A stretch of DNA of 64,000 nucleotides from positions 989,579-1,053,578 of the forward strand of contig CAVRCG010000004.1 in NCBI GenBank assembly GCA_963719525.1, given 5' to 3'. A model generated the notes under the pieces. It searched no databases, was not told the origin of the DNA, and saw only the letters and a list, made by a program, of their open reading frames with translations. Shown here one piece after another: positions 51,511 through 60,547 of the stretch. Position 1 is the first letter of the stretch, and every line of letters begins with the position of its first letter. The position numbers and the translations under genes were made by a program. This DNA comes from an uncultured Cytophagales bacterium. Its GTDB lineage: Bacteria; Bacteroidota; Bacteroidia; Cytophagales; Bernardetiaceae.

Positions 51511-51868
51511 TTCTAGCCTTCAAAGACCTTATTAATCCTCCCATTAGATTTCCCACCTTTTGAGCTTGTTGCAACATATCGTTTTGTTGATTCAAATTTA
51601 TATATTCCAATCGACAGGCTATCATTATTTGCGTTTCTAATTCTCCTAAAGAACCTCTTGCTATTGATAAAAATTGCAAGAATTGTGCAGTTGTATGACG
51701 CTGATGTCCTTCTGCTATATTCGATGGAACTGAAACGGCTGCTCTTCTCATTTGGCTAGTCAGTCCATAAACTTCTTCTCTTGGAAATGCCTTTGTTTTC
51801 TTATAAATATCAGTTACTAAGTCCATTGCTTCTTTCCACACATTTAAGTCTTTATACGATTTTATCAT
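51506..51868 (-). CDS. Four-helix-bundle protein (23S rRNA intervening-sequence type, TIGR02436-like)
   Basis: Strong match to the family pattern …KAFPREEVYGLTSQMRRAAVSVPSNIAEG…FLSIARGSLGELETQIMIA… Flanked on both sides by GC-rich repeats. Confidence 0.8.
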   Translation of the reverse strand: MIKSYKDLNVWKEAMDLVTDIYKKTKAFPREEVYGLTSQMRRAAVSVPSNIAEGHQRHTTAQFLQFLSIARGSLGELETQIMIACRLEYINLNQQNDMLQQAQKVGNLMGGLIRSLKARS

Positions 51869-51942
51869 TTTTGATTTTTATTAAATTAATTTTAATACAA
51901 ACAAAAGAAAAGAAATAATAATGATGAAGATAACAAAAAATT

Positions 51943-52100
51943 CCCTAATCTCTCGCCCCTCACTCATTCATTCTCGCCCCTCGCCCCTAATCTCTCGCCC
52001 CCTCACTCATTCATTCTCGCCTTTCGCCCCTAATCCCTCGCCCCCTCACTCATTCATTCTCGCCTTTCGCCCCTAATCCCTCGCCCCCTCATTCCCCTAA
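51943..52100. repeat. GC-rich tandem repeat array (~49-bp unit CCTAATCYCTCGCCCCCTCACTCATTCATTCTCGCCYYTCGCC, about 3 copies), same CCCTCGCCCC family; overlaps the 3' end of the RM gene
   Basis: Direct repeats. The last 15-18 codons of ORF 52054-55032 (…RGMRGRGIRGERRE*) are encoded by these repeats. Confidence 0.8.
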
Positions 52101-55100
52101 TAATTTCCATCGTTTCCACACTTACCGTACAAACACGCTGCAAAAGCTCAATTACCTCTTCTTTATAATCTTCAAATTTGTAGGTATTAAATTTTTCTCT
52201 AATCGTTTCATCTCGTGGCTTCTTTTCTTTGTACTGATCCAAAATCCACTCTAAAGCAGAACGATTTCCCAATTTATACTCCCACGCAGCAGCAGGAATG
52301 TTTTTTAATGTCGTTTGCTGGTCTAAAATAATTTCTCCTTTTTCTTTGTCGGCTTTTAGTTTGGCTTTATTCAAACTACTGCTTTTCAAAACATTTTCCT
52401 CACGCTGCAAATCATATTTTTCTATGGTTTCATAATCCAAATGAAGAGCCATTAATTCTTTTCCTTTTGCAGACCAAAAACCAAAATCTTCATAAAATGG
52501 AATGCGTGGAAATTCCCTTTTTAGATTCAATTCATACTTTTCACGGTACACAGGATTGTGCAGAACGCCATACACATAATGAAAAATGTCTTCACGATTG
52601 ATTTTTTTATCGTTATAGTTTTCTCTAAATTCATTTACTGCCCATTGTGTGATATTGTCTATGCGTTTGCCTTCTTTTGTGTAACGGTAAAGGGGAAGGG
52701 TTTGAGCATAATCGGCACTATACATAGCATAATTAACTACCATATTAGACACGAAGCAAGAAAAGTCTAATCTACCTCCTTGAGAAAAACCAATAATTTT
52801 GTTTTCATCGGAAAATATTTGTGGCATTTGATACTGCATTTCATTCAATTCTTTCGCAAAATAAATTATCTTTTTACAAAATGGTCTATATAAACTAGTA
52901 ACAATATTTAATTTATCATATTCATATTTTCGTCCTTTACTCAAATCATTTTTTACTGCTCTTGACCACTTTATCGAATAATCTACTTGATTTCTAATTT
53001 CATCTTTCGTTTTTCCTTGTAATTTATCAACATCTTTATTGTAAGCATTAATTAAAAAATTAACTTTATTTTCTAAATTATTCTTATCAAAATCACAAAC
53101 CCATTCATCTCTAGCTGTAACAACTCCTAAAGAATATAATCTAAAAATAGCTTTCTCATCTTTTCCTGCTTTCGTTTCTTTACTACAAACAGGCATTAAT
53201 TCCTCAAAATCATTATCAGCCAAATTAATCCAATTATTCTTTTTACTTGGTTGAATAAGTTTAAATTCTAATGTTTCAATTTTATTTTCACTCAAATAGC
53301 TCTTTTTTCTTTCAGCTTTTGCATAATCTTCAATAGCATTGTAATATATTTTACAACCCTTTCTATTCTCATTTCTAATAAAAAAATAAATAGCTACTCC
53401 TACTCTAATTTGGTCATTAAATACATTTCCACCTTCTTTTTTACGTTGCTCACCAGCAGTTCTAGCATTTCCTTTTAAATCAATAACCCATATTTCATTA
53501 AAATCTTTAGCTACTGTTTTTCTAAAACCATCAAAAGTACGACTATTTATAAAAGAACTATTTGATACAAAAGCAAGAATACCATTTGTATCAAGTCTAT
53601 CAGTTGCCCATCTCAAAAATCTAGTGTACATGTCATACAATTTCGTCTTCTGTGCCGTACTTTCCTTTATATAGGTATCTTTTATTCGCTTATCAATTTC
53701 TGGATATTCTCTATTTTTATTATTATCATTTTCGTTTTGTTGATTGGCATTATAAGGAGGATTTCCAATAATAACCGATATTTTACGCTTGTTTTGTCTT
53801 TGAATACGCTCCAAATTTTCAGCCGACAGGCTCGTAAAAAGTCCTGTTTGTTTTCCTGTAAAACCAAAACCCATATTATCTAATGTATCGACAAAAACTA
53901 GATTTTCGAATTCCTTATACTCGCCTGTTTTTTGTTGATAAGCATATTCAATATTCAGATTGGCAATATAATAAGGTAAAATACTGACTTCGTTGGCGTG
54001 AATTTCATTGAGGTATTTGTGTCTAATCTGTTCTATTTTTTGTTTGGGAAAATAATCTATCAAATCAGTAATAAACGTTCCTGTTCCTGTTGCTGGGTCT
54101 AATATTTCTACTCCTTCACTCAAAAGTTCTTTTCCAAAATGTTCGTACAAAAGATAATCTGTACTTTCAATCATAAAACGTACAATTTCGTTGGGCGTAT
54201 AGACAATTCCTAAACGGTCAGCACCTTTTGGATTGTAGGCTTTGTAAAAATCTTCATAAATTACCTTCAAAAAAGTCTGTTTTTCTCTTACGTCATCTAT
54301 TCGTGCAGCCACCGTTTTGATGACTTGGTAATAATTACGGATTTTTGGATAAAAATTTCGCTTCGTTTCTTTTCTAAAAAAGGTTTTCAAAACGTTTTCC
54401 AATTCAAAAGCAATATTATTCGACTTATGAAAATCAGCTTCATCAAAAATAGTAGTGAAAATATCTTCTGTCAGAATGTGCTGCACAAGCATTTCACGAA
54501 TATCATTTGGCGTAATATCTGGATTAATACTATCCTGACAAATTTTTAAAAACTTGGTTTTTGCTGCCACAAATTCCTTGTTTTGTTTGGCTTCTTCGTC
54601 CATCAAAGTGCGTAATTCCTTGATAATGGGAGGAATATCGGTTTTGAAATCTTCTAAGGCTTGTCTGAACTCGGTATATTCAGGTCTTTCAAAACTGACA
54701 AACTGCTGCAAAAGGGAATACAAATCTAGTCCGTCGTCTTGCATCGGTGCAGTAGCGACACGCTTTCCATTTTGATATAAAATGGCTTGCTGTGTATCTT
54801 CAAAAATAATATTATCGTTGGGATAACCTTTGGCAAATTTCTTTTTTATCTCGTCTTCAATATCATCGGCTTCATCTTTTGATTCCCAATATCCCCAATC
54901 CAAACGGTTTACACCTTTCACAATTCCGTCTGGACGAATCGTTTTTCCTTGCGAATTTTTGATACTAATTTCTTCTACCAAAACGAGGTTTTTGGTCTGA
55001 CAGAATATCGTAAAGCAGGTTTGAAAAAGCACGTTTTACAGCCATTTCATTTTTTGCTCCTACTTGGTGGAGTTCAGAGAGTTTTCTTTGAAAATTATGG

Positions 55101-55117
55101 ACAAGATGGATAGACAT
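52054..55117 (-). CDS. Type IIG (MmeI/Eco57I-like) restriction-modification enzyme: N-terminal PD-(D/E)xK nuclease + N6-adenine methyltransferase (motif I LDPATGTGTF, motif IV NPPY) + C-terminal target-recognition domain; apparent frameshift near the N-terminus
   Basis: RPDG…GYWESKD nuclease motif, DPATGTGTF, VIIGNPPY and the C-terminal …FHYVYGVLHNPVYREKYELNLKREFPRIPF… block. The likely true start is ATG 55117 (MSIHLVHNFQRKLSEL…, a 50-aa ORF), which joins the main frame near an A5/T5 run at about 54989-55007. Confidence 0.65.
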
Positions 55118-55523
55118 ATTCAGTTTTCAGTAAGTAGTTACCAGTAATCAGTAAATGAGTGAATGTTGTTTTTGATTTTTAGATATTTTACAAATCTTAC
55201 AAATCTTACAAATATAGATAAATTGTTTACTTATTTTTGTTTTCTTTGAAACCAAAATTTATGATTTCTATGTATCTTTGATAAACGACTTATTAGAACT
55301 AAATGAATAGATTATGAATATTACTTCATTAGACCAACTAGATTTTAACAAAACCTATTCAGAAAAATGTATTAAATTTATCTACTGGAAAATATGAAGT
55401 AGAAGGATTTTATGGAATTGATAATATGATTTCTGCGACTGTTTTATCAGGTTTTGAAGTAGAAGTGAATAGAGTTTTTAGGTAAAAAGGTAAGTCAATA
55501 TAAGTGACACTTCTGTATAAAAA

Positions 55524-55555
55524 AACAGTCTATAAAACCAAATTTATAGACTGTT
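55524..55555. terminator. Bidirectional terminator hairpin (AACAGTCTATAAA…TTTATAGACTGTT) downstream of the OmpH gene
   Basis: 13-bp perfect stem with A/T runs on both sides. Confidence 0.6.
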
Positions 55556-55584
55556 TTTTATGAATCAAAATTGCAAATCAGTAA

Positions 55585-56232
55585 TTAGTTAGCTTGTAAA
55601 CTATCTTTTTCAGATTTATATTTTTGGTTCAAAAGTTCTAACACAGGTTTTGTAATATCCAAGTTTTTGTCTGCATAAAGAATTGTAGAAGCTCCTTTTT
55701 GAGTTCCTAACACTACTTTATAACCTTTTTCTTCTTTGTATTTCTGCAAAACGTCTTCAATATTCGCAAAAATTTTGTCCATATCTTTTTCATTTTGCGC
55801 CATCAATGCTTCTGATTTGGATGCTTTCTGTCTGTCTAACATTTGTGCCTTTGCTTGAATGTCTTGTTGTTCTTTTTTGGCTGCGTTTTCAGACAAAAGT
55901 CCTTGTTGATAACGTTTTTGAAAACTCTCTGCTTCGCTTTGTAACTGAATTTCACTTTGTTCGAATTGTCTTCTGGCATCAAGTTGATTTCTTTCCGAAC
56001 GCTCTTTTATCTCTACATAAAAATCGTAATAAATAGTTAGGGAATCAATATTGATATAAGCAATATCACCATTATTAGAGGAACTAGAACTAGAAGTAGT
56101 GGCTGTAGAAGCATTTGCAGTAGTAGCAGAATCTTTTGGCTGACAACCTGTAAATGAAATTAGAGAAACGAGTAAAGCAATAAACAAATGCAATGAATTA
56201 GTAACTGTAGTTTGAATTATATTTTGAGTCAT
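55585..56232 (-). CDS. OmpH/Skp-family periplasmic chaperone (lipoprotein form)
   Basis: Lipoprotein signal (…FTGC). Coiled-coil Q/E/K-rich middle. OmpH-like C-terminus …KGYKVVLGTQKGASTILYADKNLDITKPVLELLN. Confidence 0.65.
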   Translation of the reverse strand: MTQNIIQTTVTNSLHLFIALLVSLISFTGCQPKDSATTANASTATTSSSSSSNNGDIAYINIDSLTIYYDFYVEIKERSERNQLDARRQFEQSEIQLQSEAESFQKRYQQGLLSENAAKKEQQDIQAKAQMLDRQKASKSEALMAQNEKDMDKIFANIEDVLQKYKEEKGYKVVLGTQKGASTILYADKNLDITKPVLELLNQKYKSEKDSLQAN

Positions 56233-56382
56233 GAGATTGAAATTGAGAAATAAACGAGATAATTTTTATTATAAATGAAGGCACAAAGATAAGAGAATTT
56301 TATTGATTAAATTTGTTAGAATAACAAACATCAAAGTTCTGATCAAGGTGTACTGCGTAACCAATACCGTTTGTTTGCTGTA

Positions 56383-57000
56383 CTAAGCAGCAGGCTTTCT
56401 AATAATCATTTTTATACGAAAAGAACCTGTAATATCTGAGGTAAGAGCTTTAGTTTTGTCATCCAGATTTTGTACTTGACCTTTGAAAGTCCCTTCGTAC
56501 ATATTCCCTTCCACCTTATCAATAGTCATTTCGAAATCTTCGCCATCTTTCCATTGTCCTTTAAATTCCCCTTTATTATTAGTTAAAATAAGATTAATGA
56601 TAATATCTTTTCTCATTTTTACGCCCAAATCTTCTTTCAAGGTAAAAGGAGCTTCTTGGTTTAAGTCAAAGTTATGAGCTTGTAGATAAAAATTCTGTTT
56701 GCAATGATCATCTGCACAACGCTCAATTCTAAACAAATCATTTTTCATTAGATTATAGCCATCTCTACCATCAAGAGGTAGATAATTGAAATTATATTCT
56801 TTTCCATCAATGGTTGCTTTGATATAATTTTCGTTGTCTATAGCAGCCGAAGCTGGGCGAACATCTGGCTCTTCTATTTCTTCTACCTGCGTAGAATCCG
56901 ACGTAGTTTCAGAACTTTTAGAACCATCACAAGCCCAGAGTCCATACGAACTAATGGCAGCAAAGATGAACAGTATATAGATTGATTTAATCTTTTTCAT
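56383..57000 (-). CDS. Hypothetical lipoprotein (205 aa)
   Basis: Signal peptide with a lipobox (…LWAC). No recognisable family. Confidence 0.5.
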   Translation of the reverse strand: MKKIKSIYILFIFAAISSYGLWACDGSKSSETTSDSTQVEEIEEPDVRPASAAIDNENYIKATIDGKEYNFNYLPLDGRDGYNLMKNDLFRIERCADDHCKQNFYLQAHNFDLNQEAPFTLKEDLGVKMRKDIIINLILTNNKGEFKGQWKDGEDFEMTIDKVEGNMYEGTFKGQVQNLDDKTKALTSDITGSFRIKMIIRKPAA

Positions 57001-57074
57001 AGATTTTTAGTATTTTTTTGAGAAATTAAAAAGAAATAAGTTGAGCAATAATAAAAAAAGCTGTATGATAAAAT

Positions 57075-57451
57075 GGTATCACGGTTACTTGCAAGTCTAA
57101 TAATCAGTAATTCACTAATGTTATGCAACATCAAAGTTTAGAGAAGTTTAGACCAAACCCACGAATTTATTCGTGGGAAAGTAACCACTACTTTTTACAT
57201 AAATCTACTTTACATAAATCTACTTTTCCGTTTTATTAAAATTACTCCTTTTATTTTATTTCAGAATAGAGTAGAAACAAAAAAACGAAGAAGGTAGTGG
57301 TAGCTTCCACGAATAAATTCGTGGGTTTCATTTTAATTGCGTAACATCAGTAATTCATATAAAATAGAAATAGGCTTGTTTCTCCATAGCAACACGTTTG
57401 CAAACCTGTTGTTATGGAGAAATGAACAGTACTAAATGGATCGTGATAACC
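57075..57451. repeat. Copy C of the MITE-like element (inverted repeats GGTATCACGGTTA / ATCGTGATAACC; core palindrome CTCCATAGCAACACGTTTGCAAACCTGTTGTTATGGAG), carrying a nested ~170-bp insertion that is itself palindromic (two CCCACGAATTTATTCGTGGG palindromes, a tandem TACATAAATCTACTT x2 and GTAACCACTAC/GTAGTGGTAGC arms)
   Basis: Inverted repeats and palindromes read directly from the sequence. Confidence 0.6.
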
Positions 57452-57767
57452 TTTATTATTTAGGAAGCACAAAATTCCAAAAAAATAGTGTCTTATCAAA
57501 TTTATTTTCAAATATGTCTCTAAAATTAAATTAACTTATACATCATCCTATCTTAACCCTACTTAGTTTAATTGTTTCTTATTCGACTTTAACTTGTTTG
57601 ATTTCGTAAAATCTATACGCAATAAAAGAAGATATACAAAAGACTTTTCAAAAATTTGATACAAACATACGGCATTTTCAATAAATTTGCTTACTTTTAA
57701 CTGTATAGTTAGTAAATATATTCTATCTTTAGTTTAAAATATATAAAGAACAAAAACGATTTCAATT

Positions 57768-58358
57768 TTGTCAAAATTCAAAATAAATACCGTTTCAGAA
57801 GCCTATAAGCCTGAAAATCAGACTGAACCGTCTTTTTTGATTGAACCTTCCCTCAACTCAAAAAGTAAGAACGATGCCAAAAATACAAAACTCTATATCA
57901 AGCCAAAGGCTATAAAACAGATTTTTGAACACATTTCTTGGGGACAAACAACGAAAGAAAACGTCGTCGAACAAGGTGGTGTTTTGCTTGGAAAAGTATT
58001 TTTTGATGAGAAAAAAAATCTTATGTATGGCGTAGTAGAGGAAGCATTAGCAGGAAAGGAAGCGAAAGGGAGTTCTGCTTATCTGGAAATGGATCACGAG
58101 GTGTGGAAAGAAATGTTAGATGAGTTTGATGCTATTTTGGATAAAGATGAAGACAAACAATGGCAAATGATAGGCTGGTATCATACCCACCCAAACAATC
58201 TTTCCGTTTTTATGTCGGGAACAGATATGGGAACGCAGCAACGTTTTTTCTCTAATGACTGGCAATACGCAATTATTTTTAATCCACACAAACAAATTTG
58301 GAAGTCTTTTGTAGGTAATGAAGCCGTAGAATGTGCTGGAATGATTGTGAAAGACTAG
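57768..58358 (+). CDS. Stand-alone JAB/MPN (JAMM-like) metalloprotease-domain protein with an N-terminal extension
   Basis: …IGWYHTHPNNLSVFMSGTD matches the HxH…S..D zinc-binding core, with candidate upstream Glu residues (VEQGG / VVEEAL). No ATG is available; the likely start is TTG at 57768. Confidence 0.55.
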   Translation: MSKFKINTVSEAYKPENQTEPSFLIEPSLNSKSKNDAKNTKLYIKPKAIKQIFEHISWGQTTKENVVEQGGVLLGKVFFDEKKNLMYGVVEEALAGKEAKGSSAYLEMDHEVWKEMLDEFDAILDKDEDKQWQMIGWYHTHPNNLSVFMSGTDMGTQQRFFSNDWQYAIIFNPHKQIWKSFVGNEAVECAGMIVKD

Positions 58359-58481
58359 TTTTCACAACTTGTAAAATTATTATTTTTTAAACCAGTTTGC
58401 CTATGATTAATGAAGAATTAAATCAAAGAATGTGATTTTGTATTCACTGGTAACTGATAACTGTTTACTGATAACTGATAT

Positions 58482-59231
58482 ATGGATACTTATTTTTTCT
58501 ATCCTGATTTAGAACTTGGAGCTAAGATTACACTTCCAGAAGAGGAAGCCAAACATCTCAAAACGCTTAGAGTAAAAGAGGGTGATTTTTTGGATATTGT
58601 GAATGGAAAAGGAATTTTGGCAAAGGGAAAAGTACTTTCTCCAAACGTCAAAAACTCATTAATAGAGATTACACAGATTGTAAGTACAGAGGCAAAACGC
58701 CCTTTTTACATTCATATTGCCGTTGCAGCGACTAAAAATGCTGATAGAATGGAATGGTTTTTAGAGAAAGCTATAGAAATAGGCATCGATGAGATTTCGT
58801 TTATCGAAACAGGTAGAAGTGAATATAATAATCTAAAATCTGATAGATTAGTCAAAAAAAGTATTGCTGCTATCAAACAATCTCTACGTGCTACCCTTCC
58901 AAAAATAAACTCTCCTAAAGAATTTAAAGATTTTATAAAAAAGTACCATTCCGACAGAAAGAATCAAACCAAACACGGAGAAGAAACGCTAGAAATTCAG
59001 CGTTTTATAGCCTATACACCAACAGATACAAATGCCATTTTGGAAACATGTGCCACCAAAAATGCGTATTATTTGGTTATGATTGGAAGCGAAGGAGGCT
59101 TTTCGCCAGAAGAAGTGCATCAAGCGCAACAATCTGGTTTTGAGTGTGTTAGCTTAGGAAAATATAGACTTCGTACCGAAACGGCTGCGCTTTATTCGTG
59201 TATGGCGTTGAATAGTATTAATCGGATTTAG
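58482..59231 (+). CDS. rsmE: 16S rRNA (uracil1498-N3)-methyltransferase
   Basis: RsmE architecture (N-terminal PUA-like + SPOUT domain). C-terminal …ECVSLGKYRLRTETAAL. Confidence 0.8.
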   Translation: MDTYFFYPDLELGAKITLPEEEAKHLKTLRVKEGDFLDIVNGKGILAKGKVLSPNVKNSLIEITQIVSTEAKRPFYIHIAVAATKNADRMEWFLEKAIEIGIDEISFIETGRSEYNNLKSDRLVKKSIAAIKQSLRATLPKINSPKEFKDFIKKYHSDRKNQTKHGEETLEIQRFIAYTPTDTNAILETCATKNAYYLVMIGSEGGFSPEEVHQAQQSGFECVSLGKYRLRTETAALYSCMALNSINRI

Positions 59232-59235
59232 AAAA

Positions 59236-59272
59236 TGAGGTTTTTGGGGCGAGAGGCGAGAGAATAGGGGTT
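59236..59272. repeat. Isolated copy of the GC-rich repeat family (GGGGCGAGAGGCGAGAGAATAGGGG)
   Basis: Same GGGGCGAG…AATAGGGG motif as at 51120-51370, here 5 nt after the rsmE stop codon. Confidence 0.6.
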
Positions 59273-59393
59273 CGAAAATTACAAATACTATTCATTTCTG
59301 TTTTTAGTTTCTCAAAATATGTACTTTGAAAACGCACTTTTATTTCTTTGTACTTCTGTATTTCTCTTAATGTCTTATTTATAATTAACAATA

Positions 59394-60068
59394 ATGAAAT
59401 ATATAGTAATTCTTTTAACTTTAGTTTTATTTTCCTTTGTTCCCAACAAATCGATTCTAAAACCAAATGCTACTTACAAAATAGCCAAATTAAAATATAA
59501 TGGTGGTGGAGATTGGTATTCAAACAAAACTTCTTTACCTAATTTAATAGAGTTTTGTAATGAAAATCTAAGGACGCAAATAGATAAAGAAGAAGAAGTA
59601 GTGGAAGTGGGAAGTGCAGAGCTTTTCAGTTATCCCTTTGTACACATGACAGGACATGGAAATGTTATTTTCTCTAGTGGGGAAGCCCAAAACCTGCGTA
59701 ATTACTTAATTGGAGGTGGTTTTTTACACATCGATGATAATTATGGATTAGATAAATTTGTTCGTTTGGAAATGAAAAAAGTGTTTCCAGAATTAGATTT
59801 TATTGAGCTTCCCTATTCACATTCTGTTTATACGATCAATTATAAATTCCCTGACGGACTTCCAAAAATCCACGAACACGACGGAAAACCAGCACAAGGT
59901 TTTGGTTTAATTTACGAAGGGCGTTTGGTATGTTATTATTCCTACGAATCAGATTTGGGAAATGGTTGGGAGGATTCTTCTATTCATAATGACCCAGAAG
60001 AAAAACGACAAGCTGCCTTGAAAATGGGTGCTAATTTAGTGCTTTTTGCTTTTACGCAACTTCAGTAA
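59394..60068 (+). CDS. DUF4159-like secreted protein
   Basis: Signal peptide. The IAKLKYNGGGDWYSN…LPNL pattern is one I recall as typical of DUF4159 proteins of Bacteroidota. Family recalled from memory. Confidence 0.5.
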   Translation: MKYIVILLTLVLFSFVPNKSILKPNATYKIAKLKYNGGGDWYSNKTSLPNLIEFCNENLRTQIDKEEEVVEVGSAELFSYPFVHMTGHGNVIFSSGEAQNLRNYLIGGGFLHIDDNYGLDKFVRLEMKKVFPELDFIELPYSHSVYTINYKFPDGLPKIHEHDGKPAQGFGLIYEGRLVCYYSYESDLGNGWEDSSIHNDPEEKRQAALKMGANLVLFAFTQLQ

Positions 60069-60143
60069 ACGAAAATACCGTTGTTGATGTTTTAGCGAAG
60101 CGACACCAACAACATCATTAGAAAAGAAAATCAATAATTAAAT

Positions 60144-60512
60144 CTATTTATTGTAATTTCGTTTTCTCTCCAAAGTAACCTTTGACCATTTGCAAACTCC
60201 TCCAATGGGTGCGTTGTATTTGTGTACAATTACGGTTGCACTATCTACTTTTGGTATTTCGCTTAATATTCTGGTCAAAATATTTCCTGCTAAATGTTCC
60301 AAAAGTTTGGCTGGTGTGTTTACTTCTCGTTCCACAATCTTGTACAGATGTCCGTAATCAACGGTATCTTTTACGTTGTCGCTCTTTGAGGCTTCTTCCA
60401 GATCGGCTTCTACTTCGACATCTATTCAATATCAATTTCCGATTATTTGTTCTTCTTTGAGTACGCCGTGTTTGGCAAAAAACTCTAATTCTTCTAAGGC
60501 TATTTTTCCCAT
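60144..60512 (-). CDS. folB: Dihydroneopterin aldolase interrupted by two in-frame TGA codons (…EEQIIGN*Y*IDVEVEAD…)
   Basis: The N-terminal part MGKIALEELEFFAKHGVLKEEQIIGN and the C-terminal part IDVEVEADLEEASKSDNVKDTVDYGHLYKIVEREVNTPAKLLEHLAGNIL… lie in the same frame and align with FolB. TGA codons are at 60432-60434 and 60426-60428 (minus strand). Confidence 0.6.
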
Positions 60513-60547
60513 TCTGCAATAAATTTTTTTTATTCTTTAAAAACAAA

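Noticed and set aside
51169-51535. ORF-track ORFs 51169-51375 and 51320-51535 (GEGIGARVVEITGG… / …FHTPLAPIHTLQLS…)
   Set aside because: They are pure translations of the GC-rich tandem repeats, with periodic low-complexity peptides and no start context. Not protein-coding.
51113-52100. Possible CRISPR array in the GC-rich repeat region
   Set aside because: Repeat units abut one another with no unique spacers of constant length, and they occur in both orientations. This is inconsistent with a CRISPR repeat-spacer structure.
55300-55490. Short coding-like stretches in the OmpH upstream intergenic region (MNITSLDQLDFNKTYSEKCIKFIYWKI…, …EGFYGIDNMISATVLSGFEVEVN…)
   Set aside because: Multiple stops, no continuous frame and no recognisable similarity. 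Possibly a decayed gene remnant, but unsupported.
60426-60434. Genome-wide TGA reassignment (TGA = Trp/Gly) as an explanation for the folB in-frame TGAs
   Set aside because: TGA clearly terminates other ORFs here (response regulator at 319-321, adhesin segments at 10959-10961 and 13672-13674, the RM leader ORF). A global recoding is therefore not supported.
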